From NCBI GenBank assembly GCA_014075215.1, contig CP046177.1, forward strand, positions 183,291 to 247,290: DNA of 64,000 nt. Reading direction: 5' to 3'. The position numbers were made by a program, and so were the translations under genes. A model generated the notes under the pieces. It saw only the letters and a list, made by a program, of their open reading frames with translations. It made no database searches and was not told the origin of the DNA. This document shows, piece by piece, positions 1 through 10,583 of this stretch; positions within the stretch are counted from its first letter, which is position 1, and every line of letters begins with the position of its first letter. This DNA is from Flavobacteriaceae bacterium. GTDB taxonomy: Bacteria; Bacteroidota; Bacteroidia; Flavobacteriales; Flavobacteriaceae.

Positions 1-1790
1 TGTACGGTTCTGTTATAGATACCTGCAAAATCCGGACGGTAAGAATAGGATATGGAGGGCCTGATAGTATGGCGAATAGATTTTAAACGGCCTTTGCTTT
101 TTTTAAAGTTAAACGTACCGTAAATATTTGTAGATAAGCTTAGCCCCGTAGTATATTCCCTAAAACTTTTAAAACCCCTGATAGTATCTGTCACAGTGCC
201 TCCTACGGTATTGTCAGCATTTACGAGATTCGGATCGTATGTTCTGTTGATATAATCAAAGTTCCACACCTCTTTATAATTGATATTTGGAGAGAGTGTA
301 AAATATTTGAAGACTTTTATATTAGTGCTTGTATTGGTCGTATGCTGCATTCCGGCTTTTGCATTTCTAAACATTTCAGGTTTCAAAAATAAGCTGTCAA
401 CGGTATTGATCCTATACTCCCCCTGCATCGTATAATTAAACCCCATTTTTTGAATCGGATTCTTTTTTACCCCTCCTTTTCCGGTAAAAGGATAGATTCT
501 GTCCATCGTTAATTGTAGTGATGGCAACGTCATGGAAATACGTCGAGTATTGGTATTTTGAGAATGTGTTGCCGTAATATTTAAATTGAAAGGGCTTCCT
601 ACAAATCTTTTTTGGTAAGAAACAGATGAGTTAAAAGTATTTGTTAAAAATTGCGAATTATTGAATTCATTTAATGATTGCCTGAAATACTGGCTACTCC
701 CTAAGTTTACCGAAGCGGAAAATCTGGAATTAGGGCTTGCTTTTGAATCTTGGTTATGCGCCCATCGGATATTAAAATTAGTAGCTTCGGAAAAATCATC
801 AAATCCTCTGAGGCTTTGAATGATATTTTCAAAACGCACACTAAAATTACCATTAAACTTATATCTGACGACATAATTGGAGTCTCCTCTCAACCCCCAG
901 CTCCCGTTTGTATACAAATCACCGGTAACAGTAAAATCAAAATAATCGTTGATAGCAAAATAATATCCTCCATTCTGTAAAAAAAAACCTTGTTGGCTAT
1001 TCTCTCCCCAGGAAGGAATAATAAAACCTGAACTCCGTCGTTCTCCTATGGGGAAATAAGCAAATGGTAAAAACAGCGGAGTAGGCACATCGGCAATCAC
1101 CAAATTACTCATTCCGACAATGATTTTCTTTTTAGGAACCAATTTAGCTCTATCTGTTGAAATATAATAGTCGGGCTTTTCTTTTTCCGAGGTAGTGAAT
1201 CGAATTTTTCTAATATATATGGTAGAATCATTCACTCTTTTGGTCACTTCTCCGTATGTAGTAATCCCCGGATCTTGTATGGTTTTTAAATTGTAAATCA
1301 AAGCCTGTTTAGTCTTAAAATTGTACACTAGTGAGTCTTGCTCAGACTCCTGATCTCCCTGCCTAAATACGGGCCTTTGTAAATAGCCTAAACTATCTTT
1401 AATACCTTTTGCATATAGTGTATTTTTTTTATAATCAACAATGATAATACCGGCTTTTAAATCAATATCACCATATACAACATGAGCTTCGTTGTATAAA
1501 GTTACTGTTTTCTCTTTTGCATTTTGTACCGTATAATCTTTAGCAGTATGTGTAATAATACTCTGAATAGCTTCTTTGGGTTTGACAGAATCCAAAGCAA
1601 CGGTGTCTTTCTTTTTTAAAAGCAAACTGTTATTTTTCTGAACCCGGGCAGTATCTTTTTTACCCGGTTTTAGCGTGTCTTTAGTTACTCTGGGAATTGC
1701 AACTCCTTGAGGCCTTATATCCTGTGCACTTATTTGCAATCCTACAAAAAGAAATATGATATAAAGTATGTAAGATGGGTTTGATCGCAA
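1..1790 (-). CDS. LptD/OstA-like LPS-assembly outer-membrane protein, 3'-partial (runs off the window start)
   Basis: Absent from the ORF track because there is no stop in the window. My translation of the minus strand from TTG at 1790 stays open to base 1. It starts with a signal-like LRSNPSYILYIIFLFVGLQISAQD, then VTLYNEAHVVYGDIDLKAGIIIVDYKKNTLYAKGIKDS (OstA-N-like), then a long Y/F/N/S-rich beta-barrel-like region. The family name is from recall of Bacteroidota LptD homologues. Confidence 0.6.
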   Translation of the reverse strand, partial: MRSNPSYILYIIFLFVGLQISAQDIRPQGVAIPRVTKDTLKPGKKDTARVQKNNSLLLKKKDTVALDSVKPKEAIQSIITHTAKDYTVQNAKEKTVTLYNEAHVVYGDIDLKAGIIIVDYKKNTLYAKGIKDSLGYLQRPVFRQGDQESEQDSLVYNFKTKQALIYNLKTIQDPGITTYGEVTKRVNDSTIYIRKIRFTTSEKEKPDYYISTDRAKLVPKKKIIVGMSNLVIADVPTPLFLPFAYFPIGERRSSGFIIPSWGENSQQGFFLQNGGYYFAINDYFDFTVTGDLYTNGSWGLRGDSNYVVRYKFNGNFSVRFENIIQSLRGFDDFSEATNFNIRWAHNQDSKASPNSRFSASVNLGSSQYFRQSLNEFNNSQFLTNTFNSSVSYQKRFVGSPFNLNITATHSQNTNTRRISMTLPSLQLTMDRIYPFTGKGGVKKNPIQKMGFNYTMQGEYRINTVDSLFLKPEMFRNAKAGMQHTTNTSTNIKVFKYFTLSPNINYKEVWNFDYINRTYDPNLVNADNTVGGTVTDTIRGFKSFREYTTGLSLSTNIYGTFNFKKSKGRLKSIRHTIRPSISYSYRPDFAGIYNRTV

Positions 1791-1913
1791 TATTTTAAAT
1801 ACTATTTTTGTTTACAGGTAAAAATATGGTTCAATAATTGAGCCACCAAATTTGAAAACCTCAAAATTAGTTAAATTTTGTTGATAGCATTTGTACAAAA
1901 TCATAAATTCCAG

Positions 1914-2999
1914 ATGAATCGCCTTTTTAAAGCCTATGTGTTTTTAGCCTTTTTGAATGCTGGTATTTTACCTGTAATACACACTCAAAATAAGCAATAT
2001 GTAGTGGTGTTGGATGCCGGCCACGGAGGCAAGGACCCCGGTACTTTAGGCAATGGGTATAAAGAAAAAAATATCGCGCTAGAAGTTACCTTACTTACCA
2101 GAAAACTACTGGCAAAATACAAAGACATTAAAGTTATTTATACCAGGAACAAAGATGTGTTTGTAGAATTGCATGACAGAGCCAAAATTGCTAATAAAAC
2201 AGCAGCAGACCTATTTGTTTCATTACATTGTGATTCACATGCTTCAAATGCTTACGGAGCCGGCACTTTTGTATTGGGTTTGAGGGGTAATAAAGAAAAC
2301 CTGGAGATTGCTAAAAGAGAAAACAGCGTTATTTTTCTTGAAAAAGATTACGAAAAGAACTACGATTATGACCTGGATTCACCGGAATCCATGATTGGAT
2401 TATCACTTTTACAAGAAGAAAACTTAGATAAAAGCCTGGAGATTGCCAGCCTGATCCAGAATAATTTAGTACACAATTTAAAGCGCCATGACAGAAAAGT
2501 AAGACAAGATAATTTCTTAGTACTGAGAAATACGGTAATGCCCAGTGTGCTAATAGAATTGGGGTTTTTAAGCAATAAAAAAGAAGCACGCTACTTAAAC
2601 TCCAAAAAAGGACAGGCAGCATTAGCAAACACCATAACCTTGGCAATTCGCAAATACATCGACCGGCTAAAGTTAAACACCATTCAAAATACAACTACAG
2701 TAGTAAATGACAACACAGAGATCCCTAAAAAAGGAACTTTAGAGTTTAAGGTTCAGATTGCCTCCGGGAAAAGAAAAATAAGCCCAAAGCCGTATAACTT
2801 CAAAGGACTAAAAAATGTAGAACGGGTAAAGGTAGGAAACTACTACAAGTATTATTACGGTACTTTTAAAGGCTACCGGGAAGCTCTGAAATACCATAAA
2901 AAAGCAAAAAGAAAGGGCTATACTTCAGCATTTATTACCGCTTTTAAAAATGGTAAAAAAATATCAATAGCAGAAGCTATGAAATTAGCTCTAAATTAA
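1914..2999 (+). CDS. N-acetylmuramoyl-L-alanine amidase (Amidase_3) with C-terminal SPOR-like domain
   Basis: Track ORF 1878..2999. I prefer the ATG at 1914 (MNRLFKAYVFLAFL, signal-like). VVVLDAGHGGKDPG and LFVSLHCDS are Amidase_3 signatures. The C-terminal FKVQIASGK...GTFKGYREALKYHKKAKRKGYTSAFITAF looks SPOR-like. Confidence 0.85.
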   Translation: MNRLFKAYVFLAFLNAGILPVIHTQNKQYVVVLDAGHGGKDPGTLGNGYKEKNIALEVTLLTRKLLAKYKDIKVIYTRNKDVFVELHDRAKIANKTAADLFVSLHCDSHASNAYGAGTFVLGLRGNKENLEIAKRENSVIFLEKDYEKNYDYDLDSPESMIGLSLLQEENLDKSLEIASLIQNNLVHNLKRHDRKVRQDNFLVLRNTVMPSVLIELGFLSNKKEARYLNSKKGQAALANTITLAIRKYIDRLKLNTIQNTTTVVNDNTEIPKKGTLEFKVQIASGKRKISPKPYNFKGLKNVERVKVGNYYKYYYGTFKGYREALKYHKKAKRKGYTSAFITAFKNGKKISIAEAMKLALN

Positions 3000-3047
3000 G
3001 GTAGAACTACCAAAAATTATTAGTAATATTGTAACAAAACCATCAAA

Positions 3048-4013
3048 ATGTCTAAAGAATTTAAAACAGGCATCGCAGCTATTATCATTATTGGGATGTT
3101 TATCTGGGGATTCAATTTTTTAAAAGGACAAAATATTTTTGATGGGAATGCCCGACATTTTTTTGTAGAATATAACAATATACAAGGCCTCGATAAATCC
3201 AGCACAGTAACTATTAACGGCCTTCAGGTAGGTAAGGTAACGGACATCAGATTTCACAAAGACATTGCTAAAAAAGGACAATTGGTTGTAAAAATCAGTT
3301 TGGATAATGATTTTCAATTTGCTAAAAACAGTATTGCTAAAATACATGCTTCAAGCCTTTTAGGAGGCCAGTCTCTGGCAATCATACCCTCTTATGAAGG
3401 AGAAATGGCCGTTTCGGGCGATTATTTACAAGGAACAGTGGAGGCAAATATCTTTTCTTCGGTAGGAGAAAAATTAACACCTTTGCAAGCAAAACTTGAG
3501 CACGCAATTGTAAGTACAGATTCCTTGTTTCAGGGAATCAATCAGGTGCTAAAAAAGAAAACAAAAGAGAGTTTAAGTAACAGTATCATAGAATTAGGGC
3601 ATATTATCACAAGTTTTAGAAAAACAATCAAATCTGTGAATCAGTTGCTGGACTCAAGTAGTGCCAATATTAAAGGAACATTAAAAAACACCGAATTACT
3701 CACTGCAAAAATTGTCAAAATTTCAGATACTTTACTGAATGCTAACTTAGGTGTCAGCATCAAAAAAATGGACACTACTTTAACGAATATAAACCTGTTA
3801 ATAAGTGAATTAAAAAACGGAAAAGGAACCTTAGGAAAGTTGATGACAGATGAGCAAATGTATACCAACCTCACTAAAGCTTCCAAAGAGTTAGAGGAAT
3901 TATTAAGAGAAATAAAATTAAACCCGAAACGCTTTGTGCATTTTTCATTATTCGGAAAAAAAGCTAGGCCTTATAACGGGAATAATAATAAAAAGAATAT
4001 AAACAATAAATAA
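3048..4013 (+). CDS. MlaD/MCE-family protein
   Basis: 321-aa ORF with an N-terminal TM helix (GIAAIIIIGMFIWGF). This is followed by an MCE-like core (FFVEYNNIQGLDKSSTVTINGLQVGKVTDIRF) and a coiled-coil tail. Confidence 0.75.
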   Translation: MSKEFKTGIAAIIIIGMFIWGFNFLKGQNIFDGNARHFFVEYNNIQGLDKSSTVTINGLQVGKVTDIRFHKDIAKKGQLVVKISLDNDFQFAKNSIAKIHASSLLGGQSLAIIPSYEGEMAVSGDYLQGTVEANIFSSVGEKLTPLQAKLEHAIVSTDSLFQGINQVLKKKTKESLSNSIIELGHIITSFRKTIKSVNQLLDSSSANIKGTLKNTELLTAKIVKISDTLLNANLGVSIKKMDTTLTNINLLISELKNGKGTLGKLMTDEQMYTNLTKASKELEELLREIKLNPKRFVHFSLFGKKARPYNGNNNKKNINNK

Positions 4014-4212
4014 CGAGTTGTGGTTGATATTCAACGGCATTTGGATAAAAATTTACAATTTTTCATTAAAGACGTATCGTTAACCCTAAATCTGTCAGGG
4101 TAAAAATAATAAAGAACAAATTAACTACTTAAAAACAATATTCAAACTGTATATGATCTATAAAAAGCCGTTAGCTAAAATTGAAGATATCTACTTACTA
4201 AAATAAGATACT

Positions 4213-4938
4213 ATGGACAGAGATAAAATAGCAAAATTGATATCGAATAGACTAACCAGAGGCAAAGAATTACTCAAACAACAATATGATAAGTCAAAAA
4301 ATAAAATAGGTTATTTTTATATTGATAATCTCTTACCTGCAGAAATTGTTAATGAAATTGATAATCAGTTTCCATATCAAAATATAGAAGTGGTTAATTG
4401 TATTAAACATATTTGTGGAATAGAAAACCTTCAACCCGATGAGTATCTATATGCCGGTGGAATATCTTCCATGAAGAAAAATCAATTCTTGAACCCTCAT
4501 TTGGACAATTCTCATGATAAGGATAGAAATAGATGGAGGGTTTTAAATTTACTTTATTATGTTACCCCAAATTGGAATGATGAAAACGGAGGGCATTTAG
4601 AATTATGGCCTAACGGTCTAAAGAAAAAGCAAATCACCCTATATTCTAAGTTTAATAGATTAGTTGTTATGGCTACACACCAATTGTCATGGCATTCTGT
4701 AAGTCCTGTCTTAGTCGATTCTTATAGAAATTGTGTATCTAATTATTATTTCTCGAATAGTCCATTACGATTGAATGATAAATTCCATGTTACAACTTTT
4801 AGAGGGCGACCGGAACAAATAATTACAAATCAAATTTTAAAAACGGACTCATTTTTAAGAATGAGTATCCGAAGACTTTTAAGAAAGGGATTAAGGAAAA
4901 TCTACATGTATACAAAAAGAAGAATTAACTTTTGCTAA
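4213..4938 (+). CDS. 2OG-Fe(II) oxygenase family protein
   Basis: 241-aa ORF. An HxD...H facial triad is plausible (NPHLDNSHD, GGHLELW, LSWHSVSPV). Confidence 0.55.
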   Translation: MDRDKIAKLISNRLTRGKELLKQQYDKSKNKIGYFYIDNLLPAEIVNEIDNQFPYQNIEVVNCIKHICGIENLQPDEYLYAGGISSMKKNQFLNPHLDNSHDKDRNRWRVLNLLYYVTPNWNDENGGHLELWPNGLKKKQITLYSKFNRLVVMATHQLSWHSVSPVLVDSYRNCVSNYYFSNSPLRLNDKFHVTTFRGRPEQIITNQILKTDSFLRMSIRRLLRKGLRKIYMYTKRRINFC

Positions 4939-5131
4939 CAATGTATCAGTAATAGCAGTTTAGGTGATAAAATAAAAGTATAAAACAAATATCCGTGTAA
5001 ATCTGAAAAATTAGTGAGTAGAAATCTGTTACTAATCATGTACAAGCCCATTTTGAATATGATATTTACCGGAAGCATACAACTTTATAAAAAATGAGTT
5101 CAAGTGTATAATTAACCAAACAAAACGATAT

Positions 5132-6445
5132 ATGGGGTATATATCAAATATACTTTTTGCCATACTATTGGTTGCAGGTATAGGCCTTTTTATCATACGT
5201 ATTCGAAAGCTTATCAGAAATATCAAATTGGGTAAACACACAGGTCCTTTTGATCATACATCTGCTCGATGGAGAAATATGATAATGGTTGCATTGGGGC
5301 AGTCTAAAATGGTAAGCCGTCCTGTTGCCGGATTTTTGCATATGATGGTCTACATAGGATTTATCATTATCAATATTGAAGTACTGGAAATTATTGTTGA
5401 CGGTTTATTGGGAACTCATAGAATATTTCTTCCGTTACTGGGCAAATCGTTTTACGGTTTTCTAATAGGAAACTTTGAAGTGTTGGCGATACTGGTGTTT
5501 ATTTCAGTTGTTTTCTTTTGGCTAAGGAGAAACGTTGTCAATATAAAGAGGTTTGTGAATAAGGAAATGAAAGGGTGGCCCAAAAATGACGGAAACCTTA
5601 TTTTGTATTTTGAAATGGTATTGATGCTGTTGTTTATTCTCATGAATGCTACAGACCCCGATTTTCAAAAAATGGCCGGTGGAAACCCCATTAGTCAGTT
5701 TGTAGCGCCTTGGTTTTCAGGCCTGCCGTTAGCATCAGTACATCTGATAGAAAGGACTGCTTGGTGGATGCATATTACAGGAATTTTCATCTTTTTAAAT
5801 TATTTATACTATTCCAAGCACCTGCATATTCTCCTGGCCTTTCCCAATACCTATTACGCAAACTTAAATCCAAAAGGACAATTTACCAATTTGGAATCCG
5901 TTACCAAAGAGGTAAAAATGATGATGGATCCGGGTGCAGACCCCTATGCTATGCCTGAAGGAGAAACAGAAAACGAAGTACCGGAAAAATTCGGGGCTAG
6001 TGATGTTACTGATTTAAGCAGAGTACAATTACTAAATGCCTATACGTGTACCGAATGTGGGCGATGTACATCTGCCTGCCCTGCCCACCTTACGGGAAAA
6101 GCATTATCTCCCAGGTCGATTATGATGAAAACACGCGATCGGCTGGAGGAAGTAGGAAGAAATTTAGATAAAAATAAAGGAGTCTTCAAAGATGACGGTA
6201 AACAACTATTGAATGATTATATCACTCCGGAAGAATTGTGGGCTTGTACCAGTTGCAATGCCTGTGTAGAAGAATGCCCGGTAAATATAGATCCGTTATC
6301 AATTATTACAGATATGCGCAGATATCTGGTGATGGAACAATCCGCTGCTCCACAGGAATTAAATATGATGATGACAAATATTGAAAATAACGGTGCACCG
6401 TGGCAATATAGCCAGCAAGACAGGTTGAACTGGAAAGATGAATAA
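5132..6445 (+). CDS. Membrane-anchored (Fe-S)-binding protein with two 4Fe-4S ferredoxin motifs
   Basis: 437-aa ORF with multiple N-terminal TM helices. It carries CTECGRCTSACP and CTSCNACVEECP (CxxCxxCxxxCP x2). I expect the partner to be the CCG-domain protein at 14320..15099. Confidence 0.8.
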   Translation: MGYISNILFAILLVAGIGLFIIRIRKLIRNIKLGKHTGPFDHTSARWRNMIMVALGQSKMVSRPVAGFLHMMVYIGFIIINIEVLEIIVDGLLGTHRIFLPLLGKSFYGFLIGNFEVLAILVFISVVFFWLRRNVVNIKRFVNKEMKGWPKNDGNLILYFEMVLMLLFILMNATDPDFQKMAGGNPISQFVAPWFSGLPLASVHLIERTAWWMHITGIFIFLNYLYYSKHLHILLAFPNTYYANLNPKGQFTNLESVTKEVKMMMDPGADPYAMPEGETENEVPEKFGASDVTDLSRVQLLNAYTCTECGRCTSACPAHLTGKALSPRSIMMKTRDRLEEVGRNLDKNKGVFKDDGKQLLNDYITPEELWACTSCNACVEECPVNIDPLSIITDMRRYLVMEQSAAPQELNMMMTNIENNGAPWQYSQQDRLNWKDE

Positions 6446-6768
6446 TTGAACCAAACAGGTAAACAAGGCCATCATCAACCTAAATATACTGTAGAGGCCT
6501 TTGCAAAATTGATTTGGCAAAAAAGTTCGATGCCCGAAGAACATTTTCAACCGGAGTAACCTGTTGGCTTTGAGGATTTAAAATTTTCGAGAAGGAAGAA
6601 ATTTGAAGCCAAATCAATTTCAATATAGAATATATCACTATTTTGCAAAGGTTTCTTATATTCGAAATGTTCTCTGTAACTTTTGGAAGCATAAAATTAA
6701 GAAGAAATTAAAATAAGTAATTAATAAATAAGTTTATATTTGTATTAAACTATAATGATTAGTTAAAT

Positions 6769-7098
6769 ATGGACATCAAAATGCATAATTCTATAAAATT
6801 TAATAATCAAAAAATAGAAAATTTAAAAGAAGCTAAGTTGATATTTTTTAGAGCAATTGAAAAATTCTTAAAAAATAACCCTGAAATGTCTACAGAGATA
6901 GAAGAATTAAAAAGGGAACTTGAAAAAATCTATTTGACAAAGAAAGCTAATTACGTTCTAGAAAACAAGATACAAGTTTTAAATCAATATCTGGAAAACG
7001 CTTTCCATTTTGCATTATCAAAAGACAATGAATTGGGAAAAGGATCTTCTAGTCTCTATTATTTAAAACATTCTAAAAGATTTACATTAAGTGAGTAA
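6769..7098 (+). CDS. hypothetical protein (109 aa, helical/charged)
   Basis: The ORF has an AT-rich upstream region and overlaps the next ORF by 8 nt. I recognise no family. Confidence 0.4.
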   Translation: MDIKMHNSIKFNNQKIENLKEAKLIFFRAIEKFLKNNPEMSTEIEELKRELEKIYLTKKANYVLENKIQVLNQYLENAFHFALSKDNELGKGSSSLYYLKHSKRFTLSE

Positions 7099-7578
7099 AG
7101 GTACATCAGAAAGCAACGATACCTCTGAAGAATTGAGCAATATCATTCCAAGTCAACCTCAAAGTAAGATTAAAAATATGCTTGAGGAGATTGAGTTATT
7201 AGCACTACATAAAGAACGAGGAAGTGGAATTGACATATCTTCATTTAATGAATCTCAAAAAGATAAGTTGTTAGATATCATGGCTAAAAATGAAGAGAAT
7301 GCTTTTTCTTTTTATTCAAAGCGTTTAGAAACTGAAAAAGATATTGAAATAAAAAGGTTAGATACTTCAATTGTCAACCAAAAAACATTAAAAATAATTG
7401 TGTAATTGGAGGTATAATAGCAATCCCATTAGTTACAGTTCTAATTATGTTCTACAAAGATACTTACTTTGTTCCTTGGCTAACATTTTTAGCTGGTTTA
7501 GCTGGTGGAACAGGAATCAGCAAATTATCTAAACATATTTTGCAAGCACCTGAAAAAACTAACTTCGGGGAAGAATAG
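7091..7578 (+). pseudogene. hypothetical membrane protein, frameshifted as sequenced
   Basis: ORF 7091..7405 stops at TAA. Adding one A to the A6 run at 7380-7385 would continue the frame as ...VNQKNIKNNCVIGGIIAIPLVTVLIMFYKDTYFVPWLTFLAGLAGGTGISKLSKHILQAPEKTNFGEE*, giving two TM helices and a stop at 7576-7578. The layout (charged N-terminus plus a C-terminal TM pair) loosely recalls DUF2335, but this is weak. Confidence 0.4.
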
Positions 7579-7700
7579 TAAGTCAGGCTACAGAGAACAC
7601 AGTATAAACTTAATAAGGTCAAAGATTTAAATCAAAGTTATTTATGTGTTTGTGAAAGTAGTTGTTAAACCGAAAATCATAACACATAAATCCCTTACTA
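7579..7700. repeat. Cassette-end repeat, copy 1 (hairpin 7642-7650/7681-7689 with conserved 30-nt loop)
   Basis: It starts directly after a stop codon and shares ordered blocks with 14184..14295: GGCTACA, GTATAA, AATAAGG, TTTAAAT, TGT(G/A)AAAGTAGTT and TAAACCGAAAAT. Stem TTATGTGTT pairs with AACACATAA. Confidence 0.6.
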
Positions 7701-8285
7701 AGTTTATATGAGACCGTTGTAGGCAATATTCACTGACTAACAAACTGAATTATAAACTAAAAATACAACGGAAAAAATTATGAAAACAAGAATTAATCAA
7801 CTAATCAAAATTGGAATTCTAACTTTCGGCATTTCATTATTCTTTTTTACAGCATGTCAAACTGAAAATGAAGTCATCGAGGAAAATTTGACAGCTGAAA
7901 AACAAGATTATTCTGTCAACAAAGTCAGGTTTTCAGAATTTGAAAGTAATACTAAACTTGTAGAGGTACTATCTAAATTAAATAGGATCAAGACTAATTG
8001 TTGTGTTTATGCAAAAATTGTAGTTAATCTATAGAGGAAGAATTCTGTGTTTTTGACCCCTCTAAATTGTAATCTAAAGGCTTTGATTTTGGCATTGAAA
8101 GATTCTGCCGCTGCATTAGTACTTCTATTAATGAAGTAATTCAATATTGATCTATAGTTAAGCCTGATAGAGTTTGCTATGGTATTAAAAGCCTTGTATG
8201 CTGTTTGTTCTACATCTTTATACCAATGCGCTAGTTTTGTATAAGCGACTTGTATTGGATATGCAACAAAAAATGGTACAAAAAG

Positions 8286-9155
8286 TTAAGCTACATTTTT
8301 GATTTGATATAATTTTTCAAATTCGATGATATTTTTGTAACCAAGAGCAGAATGTCTTCTGTATCTGTTGTACCAAGTTTCTATGTATTCAAAGACTTTA
8401 ATTTGAAGACTTTTGTTGGATATAAACTTATTGTCTATCATTAGTTCTGTTTTGATTGTTTTAAAAAAAGATTCAGCTACTGCATTATCCCAACAGTTTC
8501 CTTTTCTACTCATACTGGGTGTTACATGATAACTTTTAAGGATATTAACAAACGCATGAGATGCGTATTGTACACCTCGATCAGAATGAAAAATCATACC
8601 TTCACAAGGCATTCTGTTGTTTACAGCCATTCTCCATGCAGCAATGATAGTTTGTCTTGCTTTGAGTCCATTGCTCAAAGACCAACCAATGACTTTACGA
8701 TCAAACAGGTCAATAATTACCGTTAAGTACAGCCATCCTTGTGCAGGCTTTAAATAGGTAATATCAGAAACCCATTTCTGTGCAGCAGCGGTAGCTTTAA
8801 AATCTCTATCCAATACATTATCAGCTACTGGATATTGATGCTTAGAATCTGTCGTGACAACAAATTTCTTTTTACGAACTGCTTTAATCCCGTGTTTTTT
8901 CATCAATCGTGCTACCCTAGACCTAGATACTTTAAACCCTTTAGCTTTGAGTTCCTCTGTAATTCTAGGACTTCCATAAGTAGATTTACTTCGCTCACAG
9001 ATACGGTGAATCTCAGAGAGTAGCATACGATTTTTTCCATCTCTATCTGATGGAACATAATTCTTACTCCTGTAATAACTGTTTCTACTAATTTTAAAAA
9101 TTTTACACATCTTCCCAACCGGATATTCTCTACTGTAATCTTTGATAAATTTCAA
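8286..9155 (-). CDS. IS3-family transposase OrfB (DDE/rve integrase core)
   Basis: 289-aa ORF with WVSDITY, FHSDRGVQY and NCWDNAVAESFF (DD35E-type motifs). It is probably expressed as an OrfAB fusion by -1 frameshifting. Confidence 0.9.
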   Translation of the reverse strand: MKFIKDYSREYPVGKMCKIFKISRNSYYRSKNYVPSDRDGKNRMLLSEIHRICERSKSTYGSPRITEELKAKGFKVSRSRVARLMKKHGIKAVRKKKFVVTTDSKHQYPVADNVLDRDFKATAAAQKWVSDITYLKPAQGWLYLTVIIDLFDRKVIGWSLSNGLKARQTIIAAWRMAVNNRMPCEGMIFHSDRGVQYASHAFVNILKSYHVTPSMSRKGNCWDNAVAESFFKTIKTELMIDNKFISNKSLQIKVFEYIETWYNRYRRHSALGYKNIIEFEKLYQIKNVA

Positions 9156-9451
9156 TACTTCCGATCGCTCTTGGAGAAGATGCTCACGGCCTTTTTTAAG
9201 ATATCCCGCTCCATGGTAACATCCTTGAGCTGTTTACGTAATCGCTCTAACTCTTTCTGATCTTCTGTGAGTTGTTTGACGCCATTACCGCTAAAAGCTA
9301 AATCAGGACGCTGTTCTAATTCTCTACGCCATCTGTAAATAAGATCTGCACTGATTCCCAATTCCATGGCAATCTGCTTTGTGTTACCTCGTACATTGCT
9401 TAATTCTACTGCTTTAATTTTAAACTCTTTACTGTATTTTCTTCGTTTCAT
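9152..9451 (-). CDS. IS3-family transposase OrfA (HTH)
   Basis: 99-aa ORF (MKRRKYSKEFKIKAVEL...). The slippery heptamer A_AAA_AAG sits in the zero frame TTA AAA AAG near 9190-9197. A -1 shift there runs into OrfB. Confidence 0.9.
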   Translation of the reverse strand: MKRRKYSKEFKIKAVELSNVRGNTKQIAMELGISADLIYRWRRELEQRPDLAFSGNGVKQLTEDQKELERLRKQLKDVTMERDILKKAVSIFSKSDRKY

Positions 9452-9590
9452 ATGGTTAAGTTATTTTAGATAAAATTAGCTTAACTCTTTGTCACTCTAA
9501 ATGTAGCAAGTCCATATTGAGTTTGCTGTGTTGAAGATATTTCTAAGTCCTTGTACGAGCTTAAAAGGGATCAAGACTAATTGTTGTGTT

Positions 9591-10583
9591 TTAGGCAAAA
9601 ATTTGTGTTAATCTGAACAGGAAGAATTCTACATTTTTAACACCTCTAAACTGCGCTCTAAAGGCTTTAATCTTAGCATTAAAAGATTCAGCAGAAGCAT
9701 TTGTACTCCGATTGATAAAATAATTGAGTATTGACCGATAATTTATAGAAATTGTATTTGCTATTGTATTAAAAGCTTTAAAACCAGATTTTTCTACATC
9801 ATTATACCAATGTGCTAGTTTTGTATATGCAATTTGTATTGATTTAGCTGTATTGAATATATTTCTAAGGCTCTGATTTAAGTTAAAAGCCTTTTGAATA
9901 TCAGGATATTTTTCAAAAAGTATTTTGCTTCTTAGATATTGATTTTGTGTCCATTTTTCAGGAGATTTATAGAGTAAATATCTACTTCTAGCTAAGAGTT
10001 GTTTTCTAGTGTCCCCATTGTCAAATATCTCAGGTTGATACTCTTTACCTTTTGTTTTTGCTAACTTGATTAGGTCATTTTCTAGGTCTATTGCATTCCA
10101 TCGATGTTTTATTCTAATATCTTGTAGCGCTTCTAGAGCTAGTTTTTGCACATGGAATCTATCAGTTACTTGTATGGCCTTAGGGAAACATGTTTTGGCT
10201 ATATTTTTCATAGAGTTCGCCATATCTAGTGTAATTTCTTTGACTTTGTTTCTTTTTTTAGAGGATATTTTAAGTAACTGTTCTATAATGGGTTCTATCT
10301 TAGTGCCTGCAAAAACCCCTACAATAGCTCCTTTTTTACCTTTGGCTTTTTTATTGGTAATAATGGTGTAGAGTTCTCCTTTAGACAATGCTGTTTCATC
10401 AATAGATAAATAAGCACCTATATTTTCAGGAAAAACATGCCACTCTTTAGCATGTTTTTTTTGTTTCCATTGTTTAAACTCACTTAAATAATCACGATAT
10501 TGACGTCCAAGTTTTTTACCATCAACTCCGTAAAATCTACCTATAGTTCTACAATCACTGGTTTCTCTATCTACTAATTTCTT
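9591..10583 (-). CDS. ISL3-like/ISAon1-type DDE transposase (orfB, +1 frame relative to orfA)
   Basis: The track ORF starts at TTG 10388. The frame is open and conserved from about 10583 (VDRETSDCRTIGRFYGVDGKKLGRQYRDYLSEFKQW...). ITLDMANSM and VTDRFHV are DDE_Tnp_ISL3-like motifs. No start codon lies near the orfA stop. Confidence 0.7.
   Translation of the reverse strand, partial: KKLVDRETSDCRTIGRFYGVDGKKLGRQYRDYLSEFKQWKQKKHAKEWHVFPENIGAYLSIDETALSKGELYTIITNKKAKGKKGAIVGVFAGTKIEPIIEQLLKISSKKRNKVKEITLDMANSMKNIAKTCFPKAIQVTDRFHVQKLALEALQDIRIKHRWNAIDLENDLIKLAKTKGKEYQPEIFDNGDTRKQLLARSRYLLYKSPEKWTQNQYLRSKILFEKYPDIQKAFNLNQSLRNIFNTAKSIQIAYTKLAHWYNDVEKSGFKAFNTIANTISINYRSILNYFINRSTNASAESFNAKIKAFRAQFRGVKNVEFFLFRLTQIFA

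Larger units (their letters stand above)
8256..9514 (-). mobile_element. IS3-family element, copy 1 (1259 bp)
   Basis: Ends are TGGATATGCAACA... and ...TGTAGCAAGTCCA (imperfect inverted repeats, TG...CA). A 3-bp duplication TAT lies at 8253-8255 and 9515-9517. It matches 20591..21849 except for 2 mismatches I could see. Confidence 0.9.

Noticed and set aside
750-980. 76-aa + strand ORF. The same applies to many other 60-120 aa track ORFs lying inside larger genes, e.g. 2329..2694, 3641..3886, 5710..5958, 17743..17971, 18140..18475, 37861..38163, 44619..44948, 45613..45901, 46994..47296, 53144..53470 and 61190..61426.
   Set aside because: All are embedded in, or antisense to, long ORFs with clear family motifs. 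They are shadow frames of AT-rich coding DNA with no independent support.
6446-6768. Track ORFs 6359..6550 and 6480..6692 (minus strand), and possible gene remnants at the left edge of the accessory patch
   Set aside because: There are no recognisable motifs, the composition is low-complexity, and the ORFs overlap each other. I left the region as non-coding, and the left boundary of the insert is unresolved.
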